A DNA stretch of 64,000 nucleotides from an uncultured Nitrososphaeraceae archaeon (GCA_963729045.1 CAVSMN010000012.1:192001-256000), one strand, 5' to 3'. Shown: positions 49,413-58,796, numbered from the stretch's first letter. Translations and numbers: made by a program. The notes: generated from the letters alone by a model not told the origin.

Positions 49413-50135
49413 ATGGTAAAAAAAAGTGGTAGTACTAAATTAAAAAGACAAATGGCGCCTAAATTCTGGGATATTAAGCGTAAAGAATCCCCTTTCATTC
49501 TGGCACCTAGGCCTGGTCCTTATTCAAAGACAAAATGCTATTCAATCGGGGTATTGATTCGCGATGTTTTGCATTTGTGTTCAAATTTGACTGAAGCTAA
49601 GAGAATACTAAATTCTGGACAAATCAAAGTGGATGGTAAAATAAGAAGAGATGGGCGTTTTGGTGTAGGAATCATGGATGTTGTGGAGATAGTACCGAGT
49701 GGTATGGCTTATAGAATGGTGCCTAAGGGTTCAAAATTACTAGTCCCAGTTCAAACTACAGAAAAAACAATAAAATTGTTAAAAATCACTAGTAAGGTGA
49801 GTTATCGAGGAAGCAAGATCCAATATGGTTTTCACGATGGTAAAACCTTGATATCGGATAATAAGGATATGAATGTTGGCGATTCCTGTTTGGTAACGAT
49901 TCCTATAATAAATATAGAACAACACATTAAATTCGAGAATGGATGTAATATTCTTGTAGTTCAGGGGGAAAATGCTGGCAAAATTGGAAAGGTAGAAGAG
50001 ATCAAGGACGGTATGTTTTCGTTACCTAAGAGAGTAGTGTTAACACTTGATGAAAAAACCGTGGAATTGCCTGTGGACATAGTAATGCCTGTCGGTGTTG
50101 AAAAACCAGTATTAGAGGTGTTAGTTAATGAGTGA
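49413..50135 (+). CDS. rps4e: 30S ribosomal protein S4e
   Basis: LKRQMAP..W, PRPGP, VDGKIRRD..GIMDV, FHDG. Confidence 0.96.
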   Translation: MVKKSGSTKLKRQMAPKFWDIKRKESPFILAPRPGPYSKTKCYSIGVLIRDVLHLCSNLTEAKRILNSGQIKVDGKIRRDGRFGVGIMDVVEIVPSGMAYRMVPKGSKLLVPVQTTEKTIKLLKITSKVSYRGSKIQYGFHDGKTLISDNKDMNVGDSCLVTIPIINIEQHIKFENGCNILVVQGENAGKIGKVEEIKDGMFSLPKRVVLTLDEKTVELPVDIVMPVGVEKPVLEVLVNE

Positions 50136-50646
50136 AAATAAGATAAACCCAATGAAAGAAATTCATGTATCTAAGGTGGTAATTAATATTGGAGTAGGCA
50201 AATCGGGAGATCCTGTTGAGAAAGCCAAGAATGCTTTATCTGAGCTAACCGGAAAAACTCCAAGTGTGAGGGGTGCGAAAAAAAGCGTCAGAGATTTTGG
50301 CATCCACAAAGGTGAGCCTATAGGCGCAATGGTTACCATGAGACGAACAGATGCCACAAACTTTTTAAGACGAATAATGGAATCAAAGGGGAATGTGATA
50401 AAGAATTCATCATTTGATAATAATGGTAACATATCATTTGGAATCCATGAACATATTGACATTCCTGGTACAAAATATAATCCTGATATTGGTATATTTG
50501 GAATGGATGTATGTGCCGCATTAATGAGGCCCGGCTACAGAATTTCAAAAAGGAGAAACCCCAGCAAGATCGGCAAGAATCACAAAATTACAAAAGATGA
50601 GTCCATTGAATTCTTTAAGACTCAATTCGGAGTTGAAGTCAATTGA
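50128..50646 (+). CDS. rpl5: 50S ribosomal protein L5
   Basis: NPMKEI..KVVINIGVG, FDNNGNISFGIHEHIDIPG, GIFGMD. Confidence 0.97.
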   Translation: MSENKINPMKEIHVSKVVINIGVGKSGDPVEKAKNALSELTGKTPSVRGAKKSVRDFGIHKGEPIGAMVTMRRTDATNFLRRIMESKGNVIKNSSFDNNGNISFGIHEHIDIPGTKYNPDIGIFGMDVCAALMRPGYRISKRRNPSKIGKNHKITKDESIEFFKTQFGVEVN

Positions 50647-50825
50647 AAATTAAAATTAGAGATTACGCCCTCACCGGAAGGAAGAAGTTGGCCCATGGCA
50701 AGGGTACTCGATGGTGTAAAAGATGTGGATCCTTTAGTGGCATGATCTGTTCTTATGATCTTATGTTATGCCGAAGATGTTTTAGAGAGGTTGCCTTTGC
50801 TCTGGGGTTCAGGAAATACGAATAG
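50643..50825 (+). CDS. rps14: 30S ribosomal protein S14 (Zn-binding type)
   Basis: CKRCG..LCRRCFRE..LGFRKY. Confidence 0.95.
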   Translation: MKIKIRDYALTGRKKLAHGKGTRWCKRCGSFSGMICSYDLMLCRRCFREVAFALGFRKYE

Positions 50826-50836
50826 GTGATTATTGA

Positions 50837-51229
50837 ATGCCAGCATTAAATATTTTATCTAATCTATTTACTACTTTGTATAATAACGAAATGCGAAGAA
50901 AGCGAGAATGCATAGTATTACCCGCGTCAAAATTCTCAAGCGAAGTTTTGAGAGTGATGCAAAAGCAACGATATATTGGAGAATTCGAACAAGTCGATGA
51001 CGGGAGATTGGGTAAGTTTAGAATACAACTTTTAGCGAAAATTAATAAATGTGGGATCATTACTCCTAGATTTAGTGTAAAGAAGGATCGATACTTAGAT
51101 TGGGAACGCCAGTTTCTTCCATCATATAATATGGGTATATTAATAGTATCCACCAGTAAAGGAATTATGTCTCACCATGATGCCCAAAATGAAGGTTTAG
51201 GAGGTGCACTAATAGGTTATGTCTACTAA
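50837..51229 (+). CDS. rps8: 30S ribosomal protein S8
   Basis: YIGEFE..DDGR.G, INKCG..PRF, IVSTSKGIMSH. Confidence 0.97.
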   Translation: MPALNILSNLFTTLYNNEMRRKRECIVLPASKFSSEVLRVMQKQRYIGEFEQVDDGRLGKFRIQLLAKINKCGIITPRFSVKKDRYLDWERQFLPSYNMGILIVSTSKGIMSHHDAQNEGLGGALIGYVY

Positions 51230-51761
51230 ACCCGAATTTTACACAAATGAGATCGTTATTCCAGATGGCGTATCGATGAATAAAGATCAGAACTTAATTA
51301 CAGCAAACGGCTCAAATGGAAAAGTTCAAAAGGATTTTACGAAAATTCCGGCATTAATAGAAATTAGCGAAGGAAAAATTACAATAAGATCTTACGGAAA
51401 TAGAAAAAGCGATTTTGCATTGGTCAATACTGTGCATAGTCTCATTCGGAATATGATAAAGGGTTCTACAACTGGATTCACATATAAATTAAAAATAGTG
51501 TTTGCACACTTTCCCATATCCGTCAAGATTAAGGGACAACAGGTTTTTATCGAAAACTTTTTTGGAGAACGTTCAGCTAGAATATCAAAGATACTTGGAA
51601 AGGATACTAAGGTTACTGTGCATGGTGATGATATTTTGATTACCGGACCAAATATTGAACATGTATCCCAAACAGCTGCAAATATAGAATCATCTACAAG
51701 GATAAAAAATAAAGACTCTAGGGTGTTTCTTGATGGGGTATACATATACTCCAAAGACTAA
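51219..51761 (+). CDS. rpl6: 50S ribosomal protein L6
   Basis: AHFPISV, NFFGER, QTAANIE, DSRVFLDGVY. Confidence 0.97.
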   Translation: MSTKPEFYTNEIVIPDGVSMNKDQNLITANGSNGKVQKDFTKIPALIEISEGKITIRSYGNRKSDFALVNTVHSLIRNMIKGSTTGFTYKLKIVFAHFPISVKIKGQQVFIENFFGERSARISKILGKDTKVTVHGDDILITGPNIEHVSQTAANIESSTRIKNKDSRVFLDGVYIYSKD

Positions 51762-51895
51762 ATACTTATGAAAAAGTAATCTATTTAATATTTTTAGAAT
51801 TAATTACATTTGAGCATAACGTTTAGTTCTTGCCTAGGACATTAAAGTAGTAAACATAACATTTATTTATTCTTTACATTTTTTATTAGCATAGT

Positions 51896-51998
51896 GCCGC
51901 TGTAGCTCAGCTTGGTAGAGCAAATTCATGATGGATGCATTATGAAGCTTAACTGGCTGTTAACCAGTAGGTCATCAGTCCGAGTCTGATCAGCGGCG
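51896..51998 (+). tRNA. tRNA-Asn(GTT) with a 29-nt non-canonical intron at position 27/28 (51924-51952)
   Basis: Acceptor stem GCCGCTG/CAGCGGC, D stem GCTC/GAGC, anticodon arm ACTGG-CTGTTAA-CCAGT, T stem ATCAG/CTGAT, discriminator G; no encoded CCA. Confidence 0.92.
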
Positions 51999-52009
51999 CT
52001 TTGATTAAA

Positions 52010-52366
52010 TTAGAACGAAACTATGTCTAACGCTATTGCATCGGATAATAAATAAATGTGTCTGCTACCCGAAACAAAATTATTTTTTATATCTATCCTG
52101 GGAACCCACCTATTTGAAGAAGTAAATAGTCTTTCTTTCTTCATTCTATTTTCAAGTGCTTCTATATCAAGTTCTATCTCTTCTATCTCTTCAGTTTCCA
52201 GATTTTGAATTATCAATAAAATTTTTTTAATTAATACCCTGTCCCCATTTCTAGAGAAGTCGCGAAGTCTTTCGTCTTCTTCAATGATTTTTATTTTAAT
52301 CTGTTTTCGGTTTAATGCGTCTCTACTCATAAGCATTCTGTCGCTCAGATATCCTTCATAACCCAT
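52010..52366 (-). CDS. Hypothetical protein
   Basis: Clean 118-aa ORF in the same direction as the upstream thiolase operon. Confidence 0.7.
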   Translation of the reverse strand: MGYEGYLSDRMLMSRDALNRKQIKIKIIEEDERLRDFSRNGDRVLIKKILLIIQNLETEEIEEIELDIEALENRMKKERLFTSSNRWVPRIDIKNNFVSGSRHIYLLSDAIALDIVSF

Positions 52367-52396
52367 TGAGAATCATTGTACATAAGTTGTTAATAA

Positions 52397-52748
52397 TTAT
52401 TTTAATCTTTTAATAATTTTGGAGAATTCCAAATCTAATTTGTTATCTTTAATACCTACTTGGGAAATTCTTATTGTATCTTCAGGTAATACACTTTTAT
52501 CAACGCTTCCAATTATTCGTATACCTGAAAATTCGCCTATACCATAATATCCTTTTATGTCTGGAAGATTAGAAAATGATTTTTCAAGCAGGACACCCTT
52601 TCTATTGATTTTCTTAAATCCAGTTTTCTTGAAACAGGTATTGCAATAACGATTTGGCGGCCAGATATGAATTTTACAACTAAAGCAATATGTGGTAATT
52701 AAGGTGCCTTTATCAGCGCTTTTAATAATGAATATCTAATAGCTTCAT
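52397..52748 (-). CDS. DUF35-type Zn-ribbon/OB-fold thiolase partner, frameshifted near the N-terminus (absent from the ORF track)
   Basis: TTYCFSCKIHIWPPNRYCNTCF..GIGEFSGIRIIGSV; immediately downstream of the thiolase. Confidence 0.8.
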
Positions 52749-52754
52749 CTTGCG

Positions 52755-53853
52755 CTACTTTTGTAGATATTATCACAGTAGTGGACGTACCTGCAGCGGC
52801 CATATTGTGAACTAGACCACTCTTACAACCTTTTTTTTGTCTTAAACCTGCTTTTCCTTGTAATTGAAGTACTATTTCGTTGGTCTGATCAATCCCAGTG
52901 GCGCCAATGGGATGACCGCATCCAAGTAACCCTCCTCTCACATTTGTATAGGGTGCGCTTTCTTGTATGAATTTTCTGCCCTGACCCTTTTTCACAAATC
53001 CAATATCTTCATAGGCCAAGAGTTCTAAAATAGTAAATGCATCATGTATCTCTACGATATCAATGTTTTTAGGTCCCAACATCGATTGTTCAAAGGCATC
53101 TCTTGCTGCTATTCTCGTTGATAATATGGAATCAAGATCATTTGAAATGGATCCAAAGCTAGCACCTTGGTTATCCTGGGATATAGCCTTGATCCAAATG
53201 GGTACTTCAGTTCTCTTTGCCATTGTTTCTGACAAAACAAGTATTGACGACGATCCCTCGCAAGGATAACAACAGTCGAACTTTTTTAATGGTTCTACTA
53301 TCATTTTTGAATTTATTATTGATGAATAAGTAAAGTGTTTGTCATAGAAAAACGCATTTACGTTCTTGTTAGCACTGGCATGATTTTTCAAAGAAATAAT
53401 TGCTAAATCTTCTTCAGTGGTTCCGTACTTTCGAAAATGATTTTGGGCATATAGTGAAGCCCAGTGAATTGGCATATCGTATTGTCCCCTTGAGCTATCC
53501 CAAGTTAGTTTGTTACCTTGACTGTCCTGCTTTTCTGCTCCTGTTACTAATACTGCTTTGCATAGTCCCGATTTTATCAACGAGTAGGCAAGCATAATAC
53601 CACTGGTACCTGAATTACATAAATTTTCGACCTTGGTAGAAAATTTTGGTTTGATTCCTATCATTTCTGATATTATATTGCCTAAGTATGATTCGTTAGA
53701 GCTACTTGATACAATTAGACCATCTATTTCAGCCTTTTGAATTTTCGTTTTCCCAAGTAATTCTATTATGGATTTACTAGCTAATTCAGCTAGTGTAAAG
53801 TCCGAGGGCTTGGTAAATTTTTGAGTATTTGAAGAATCAATTGCTATTTCCAT
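52755..53853 (-). CDS. Thiolase family protein (acetyl-CoA C-acetyltransferase)
   Basis: VENLCNSG, VEIHDAFT, GGLLGCGHPIGATG; probable true end IILQK* at 52755, which the ORF track overruns through an indel. Confidence 0.9.
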
Positions 53854-54827
53854 AACTCAGTAAAATCCTTGTAGTTAAGATTGCCGTTATTATCTTTTAC
53901 AGGATTCATTTGTAAGATTGGTAAATCGATACCGATTTTTTTCCAGCGTTTGATTTGACTATTGCAATCATTTATAGAACCTGTAATGACAAAATCATTA
54001 AGCATCTCATCTGTAATGTTCCTCATTGACTCTGTTAGACCATATTTGTTGTAATCATTATAAATCCTTTCAACTATTGACTTGTATTTTGTTTTAACCA
54101 ATGATTCATAGTAGATTCTGCCCACTGATATATAGAAGGCCAAAGTTCTAGCAGCTCTGAGAGATGCCAGACTAGGATCTTTATTACTAACGGAGGTTAT
54201 AATTACAAACGCCTTCATAAATTCTTGATTTTGATCTTTAAATTTGATGTTATCAATCGCCATTTTTAATTCATCTTTTGGTTTTAGGTAAAGGATGATT
54301 CCATCTGCATACTTTGTAGCTATGTTAATCATTCCTGGATTTACAGCAGCAACATAAATAGGAATATCATCCCTAGAGTGTTCAAGCAACTTAAAATTCT
54401 TTATGTTTACAGTCTGTCCATGATAGGTAACATATTTCGATTTTAACAACAGTTTTATCGATTGAACATATTCTTTCATTCTGATTAATGGTTTTTCAAA
54501 TTTGATCCCATGAAGGTTCTCTACTAATACAGAGGTGCTGGTACCAAGGCCCAATATGACTCGTCTATTCGAGAGAGTATCCAGCGTTATTCCGCCCATC
54601 CCAATAGTCGCTGGGGATCTAGAATAGATGTTTACAATGGATGTCCCTATTTTCACTCTGTTTGTAACCTGGGATATGGCCCCAAGAGTTGAGAAGACTT
54701 CCTTCCCCCAAGACTCTGGAGCCCAGATGGAATGAATGTTTTCATTTTTGTCAACGATTGAAGCAAATTCGAGGATTTCTTTTAACTCTAATAATGATCC
54801 AATACTATATCCTATTTTTTCCTTCAT
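53844..54827 (-). CDS. LLM-class (probably F420-dependent) oxidoreductase
   Basis: SIWAPESWGKE, VKIGTSIVNIYSRSPA, TLDTLSNRRVILGLG, IPIYVAA. Confidence 0.88.
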   Translation of the reverse strand: MKEKIGYSIGSLLELKEILEFASIVDKNENIHSIWAPESWGKEVFSTLGAISQVTNRVKIGTSIVNIYSRSPATIGMGGITLDTLSNRRVILGLGTSTSVLVENLHGIKFEKPLIRMKEYVQSIKLLLKSKYVTYHGQTVNIKNFKLLEHSRDDIPIYVAAVNPGMINIATKYADGIILYLKPKDELKMAIDNIKFKDQNQEFMKAFVIITSVSNKDPSLASLRAARTLAFYISVGRIYYESLVKTKYKSIVERIYNDYNKYGLTESMRNITDEMLNDFVITGSINDCNSQIKRWKKIGIDLPILQMNPVKDNNGNLNYKDFTELWK

Positions 54828-54829
54828 AT

Positions 54830-55519
54830 TTATTTTGAATTTATCCTTGATAGTTCTTTGGATGATTCTTCGATGTCCTTGTGGGAATCAATCGATTTCC
54901 AAAATGATTTTTCAAATTTCTTTGCTTTTAATTTTTGTTCGTTTGCCATGGCAGGCAGTGCTGTTGTTTCAATGTTTCCTTTATCGGGTAAGAAGTCAAA
55001 AATTTCTTGATTAAAAAAATAGATACCTGCGTTGATCCATTTATCGATTATATCCGGTTTTTCCTTAAATCCAGTCACAAATTGCTGGTCATTAAAATCT
55101 ACAATCCCATAGGGGCTTTTTAGCGGAACAACTGCAATAGAGTTATAATCGTTCTTATGAGATAAGGTGTTAAAATCTATATTAGTTAATATGTCGCCAT
55201 TAATCATAAAGAAGCCATTTTTTTCATCCTTTAGGAGAGATTGAGTGTTTTTCAGTGCGCCACCGGTCCCTAATGGTTCTTCTTCTACCATATAAGCAAC
55301 TTTAACCTTAAATTTGTTTCCACTTGCAACATGATTTATGATTTGTTCTTTCAAATAGCCAACGCAAATGATAATTTCTGTTATATTATTCTTAGATAAT
55401 AGCTTTATTTGCCATTCTATAATGGGCTTCCCTAGAATTTCTATCATCGGTTTGGGGCGGTTATCTGTGATTGGTTTAAGCCTCTTTCCAAATCCTCCCG
55501 CTAATATTACTCCTTTCAA
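54830..55519 (-). CDS. Sugar-phosphate nucleotidyltransferase
   Basis: VILAGGFGKRLKPITDNRPKPM, EPLGTGGAL, INGDI, FKEKP, INAGIY. Confidence 0.92.
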   Translation of the reverse strand: MKGVILAGGFGKRLKPITDNRPKPMIEILGKPIIEWQIKLLSKNNITEIIICVGYLKEQIINHVASGNKFKVKVAYMVEEEPLGTGGALKNTQSLLKDEKNGFFMINGDILTNIDFNTLSHKNDYNSIAVVPLKSPYGIVDFNDQQFVTGFKEKPDIIDKWINAGIYFFNQEIFDFLPDKGNIETTALPAMANEQKLKAKKFEKSFWKSIDSHKDIEESSKELSRINSK

Positions 55520-55625
55520 AACAAACTAACTGATTTGATTTAAAATATATTTTTTCCTATTTACGACTCGAAAAAGGTTACCTATAATAGGAATTTATAT
55601 CTTATTCGTTCATTTATACAATATT

Positions 55626-55751
55626 TTATTACTATGATAATAGTGTTATTACTATGATAATAGTGTTATTACTATGATAATAGTGTTATTACTATGATAA
55701 TAGTGTTATTACTATGATAATAGTGTTATTACTATGATAATAGTGTTATTA
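55626..55751. repeat. Perfect tandem repeat, 20-bp unit TTATTACTATGATAATAGTG x 6.3
   Basis: Six identical head-to-tail copies plus TTATTA, no spacers; internal dyad ACTAT-GATA-ATAGT. Confidence 0.97.
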
Positions 55752-55803
55752 ACAAAAAGAGAATATTTCATAATTCGAATTATGAAATAACATTGAAAAA
55801 AAT

Positions 55804-56985
55804 TTAATCTCTAATTAATTTGGCAATATGATTTAAAAGTTCACAGATTTGTTCTTGGGTATGATTAGTATTTAGTGATATTCTCAATCGTGCTTCATTT
55901 CTCTTTACAGTAGGATATCGGATTGCTTGTACAAAGAAATTCTGTCTTAATAGTTTTTTCGAGACCTCCAAAGCTTTTTTTTCAGACCCAATTAAAAGTG
56001 GAATTATGGGACTTTTTTCGACTTTTCGAATGATAATTTTTTGCTCATTTGCTATTTTGTAGAAATAATCAATATTTCTGTACAACTTTGGCTGGAGATC
56101 CCCTCTCTTTGCTAATTGTATTGACATTATAGCTATTTCGGCCAAGTAATCCGGAAGTGCAGAGGTAAAGATAAATGATCTGGATTTATTAATTAAATAT
56201 TCTCTTACTAACTTCGAACAGCTAACATAGCCTCCGAAACAACCAAGTCCTTTGCTCAGACTACTAACATGGATATCTACCGACTTGTTAACCCCAAAAT
56301 AGCTTGGGGTTCCGCTATAATCCGTTAACTTGTTATTACCTATAATAAAATCTCCATGTGAGTCGTCCACTATTAGTAAACAATTATTTTTATTTGAAAT
56401 GCGCACAATTTCAGCTAAGTCGGCCATATCACCATTCATGCTAAAAATTCCTTCAGTTATTATTATTTTTCGTTTGTTACCATGTTTTTTTATATTCTTT
56501 TCTAATTCAATCATATTATTATGAGGAAATGGATAAATTTTGCTTGGGGACATCTTGCATCCATCTATTATGCTTGCATGATTCAATTCATCACTAAAAA
56601 TAATGGTCTCTCTATCAGAAATACATCCTAGAACCCCTAAATTTGCCATGAATCCTGTTGGAAAGAGCAACGATGAGGTAGTTTTCCTATGCTTTGAGAG
56701 ATCTTTCTCCAGTTTTTCTAAACTTTCTGTATTTCCACTAATTAATCTCGAACTACATTGTGAAATTCTTGAAGTATGCAGGTTCTTTAACTTTCTTATT
56801 AAAAATGTGTTCCTAGATAAACCCAAATAGTCATTAGATGAAAAATTAATTACGGTAGATGCATTTGTTCCTTTTCCTGACTCTGAGATTTCTTCAATAG
56901 TTCGGAGCTCTCTGTATAGATCCTCCTTACGTAATTCTCGTAACTTCTCTTGAAAATAATGTGAATTACTTTTGCCTGAGTCCAA
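55804..56985 (-). CDS. bioF: 8-amino-7-oxononanoate synthase
   Basis: NFSSNDYLGL, TGFMANLG, SDELNHASIIDG, SLSKGLG, IRYPTV..ARLRISL; overlaps the end of bioB. Confidence 0.92.
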   Translation of the reverse strand: MDSGKSNSHYFQEKLRELRKEDLYRELRTIEEISESGKGTNASTVINFSSNDYLGLSRNTFLIRKLKNLHTSRISQCSSRLISGNTESLEKLEKDLSKHRKTTSSLLFPTGFMANLGVLGCISDRETIIFSDELNHASIIDGCKMSPSKIYPFPHNNMIELEKNIKKHGNKRKIIITEGIFSMNGDMADLAEIVRISNKNNCLLIVDDSHGDFIIGNNKLTDYSGTPSYFGVNKSVDIHVSSLSKGLGCFGGYVSCSKLVREYLINKSRSFIFTSALPDYLAEIAIMSIQLAKRGDLQPKLYRNIDYFYKIANEQKIIIRKVEKSPIIPLLIGSEKKALEVSKKLLRQNFFVQAIRYPTVKRNEARLRISLNTNHTQEQICELLNHIAKLIRD

Positions 56986-57946
56986 TCTCTTTTAGCATTC
57001 TAATATCCTCAAGAGGTTTATTTCCTTTTGTAGTTAAGTATCCTCCACTAATAATTCCATTAGCGCCTGCTTTTAGGACTTTTTTATCATTCTTTTTAAG
57101 ATGAACTTCTCTCCCCCCTGCAATTTTTAGGATTGCTCTAGGCATTAGAAAGCGATAAGTTGCAATTGTCCTAATTATTTCCTCTTCAGAAAGTGAATAT
57201 TTGTTAAAGAGTGGAGTGCCCTCTCTACCAATTAACATGTTTATAGGTACTTCGTCAGGATTCAAAGATTGTAAAGAAATACCCAATTCTATCCTTTGTT
57301 CAATGGTTTCTCCCATGCCGATGATTCCACCACTACACAACTCCAATCCAACTTCTTTGACAATTTTAGCAGTGTTGATTCTATCTTCGTAAGTATGGGT
57401 AGTACAAATCTTATCAAACATGCTCTTGGACGTTTCTAAATTATGATTGTATCTTTTAACTCCTAACTTCTTTAATATTTCAGCTCTTTTTCTAGTCATA
57501 AAACCTAAAGATGTATTAACATCTATGTCGAGCCTTTCCTTTAGCAACTTTATAGTATTGCATATTTGGATAAAATCCTGTTCTGGGGGAGCCCTATAAG
57601 CACAAACTATACAAAAACTATTCGCCCCATTATCCTTTGCTGCCTCTGCCTGTGCCAAAATCAACTCTGGGGCTAATAGTGGATATTTTTCAATTTTGGT
57701 GGTATTAAACGTTGATTGTGAACAAAAAGAACAATCTTCTGGACATCTACCAGATTTTGCATTAACTAAGGTTTCGACATCAACTTTGTCACCCCCGAAT
57801 TTCAACGTAATTTGATTTGCACAATCAGCGAGGAAATCAAGATCAGCAGAATTAATTAATTCCATTGCTTCCTGAAAATTAATTTCTTTATCTGAGAAAA
57901 CGTCAATCATTTTTTGGTAGATGAAGTCCCTAGTCAAATTACTCAT
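56966..57946 (-). CDS. bioB: Biotin synthase
   Basis: NAKSGRCPEDCSFCSQS, YNHNLETS, CSGGIIGMGE, VPIN, AGGRE. Confidence 0.97.
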   Translation of the reverse strand: MSNLTRDFIYQKMIDVFSDKEINFQEAMELINSADLDFLADCANQITLKFGGDKVDVETLVNAKSGRCPEDCSFCSQSTFNTTKIEKYPLLAPELILAQAEAAKDNGANSFCIVCAYRAPPEQDFIQICNTIKLLKERLDIDVNTSLGFMTRKRAEILKKLGVKRYNHNLETSKSMFDKICTTHTYEDRINTAKIVKEVGLELCSGGIIGMGETIEQRIELGISLQSLNPDEVPINMLIGREGTPLFNKYSLSEEEIIRTIATYRFLMPRAILKIAGGREVHLKKNDKKVLKAGANGIISGGYLTTKGNKPLEDIRMLKEIGLRQK

Positions 57947-58163
57947 TTGATAATTCTATTTCTATAAAGACTTACTTATATTAGTATTTAAGTTTACCCT
58001 AAATGACTAGTCAAAAGCGGAATTCGTCTGAACTGTAATAATATTAATTCGTCTAAAAAAGGACCGATTTTCATACCGTCTTAGAAATAGACCGTTTTTT
58101 TTACTCCAGATTTTTGAATTCTGGTTCAATTTTTTTTTATATCTGCTCGTATTAATTTGACTA
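57931..58163. promoter_or_regulatory. Divergent bioB/recombinase control region with candidate recombinase-binding (res/inv-like) sites
   Basis: Inverted repeat TAGTCAAATTA (57931-57941) and TAATTTGACTA (58153-58163); palindrome TGACTAGTCA (58004-58013); AATTCGTCT at 58021 and 58046; CGTCT..GACCG at 58050-58066 and 58077-58094. Confidence 0.5.
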
Positions 58164-58196
58164 CCTTTATTTTACTCTCAAATTTGAAAAGTCGTT

Positions 58197-58796
58197 ATGA
58201 AATATGCGTTTGCTTACTTGAGAGTGAGTACGGAAGAACAAACAGTCTTAAATCAAAAGTTGGCAATGCAAGGGTGGGCTCAGTCACATGATTTTCAGAT
58301 CTTGGATTATTTCGAAGACTCTTCAATTAGCGGAAAAACAGCGGCAATTGGCCGAAAGGGATTCCAAGAACTCTTAAAAATAGTAGCAATAGAATCTGTC
58401 GATGCAGTTTTGGTGTATGAACTTTCGAGGGTGGGTCGCACTTTTTGGGATACCCTTGAAGCTATTAAAGCTATCGAACAGTATTCACCATTAATTTCCT
58501 GCTCTCCACGGGAAATTTTTCTTCAAACAACTGAACCAAGCATCAGAAAGCTTATGCTTGGCATACTGACATGGGTCGCAGAACGAGAAAGAGAGTTGTT
58601 AGTTCAAAGAACCAAAGACGGCATTATTAGAGCTAAATCCGTGGGAAAACAAATAGGAAGACCTAGAAAAGTACTGAACACTGCTGACTTAATTAGTCAC
58701 CTTTCTCAAAATAAATCTAAATTAAGGATTGCGAAGGAATTAGGAATTTCAAAAGCAACCTTGTACAAAAATCTAAGAAATCTTGCTCCTAGCTAA
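58197..58796 (+). CDS. Small serine recombinase (resolvase/invertase family) with a C-terminal HTH
   Basis: AYLRVSTEEQ (catalytic Ser), VLVYELSRVGR, AERERELLVQRTKDG, GKQIGRP, RIAKELGISKATLYK. Confidence 0.95.
   Translation: MKYAFAYLRVSTEEQTVLNQKLAMQGWAQSHDFQILDYFEDSSISGKTAAIGRKGFQELLKIVAIESVDAVLVYELSRVGRTFWDTLEAIKAIEQYSPLISCSPREIFLQTTEPSIRKLMLGILTWVAERERELLVQRTKDGIIRAKSVGKQIGRPRKVLNTADLISHLSQNKSKLRIAKELGISKATLYKNLRNLAPS

Noticed and set aside
51960..52010. tRNA 3' end as an integration (att) site for the downstream region
   Set aside because: I found no duplicate of the tRNA 3' end and no tyrosine integrase in the window; the downstream genes look like core metabolism.
55626..55751. CRISPR array
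   Set aside because: The repeats are head-to-tail with no spacers, and there are no cas genes in the window.
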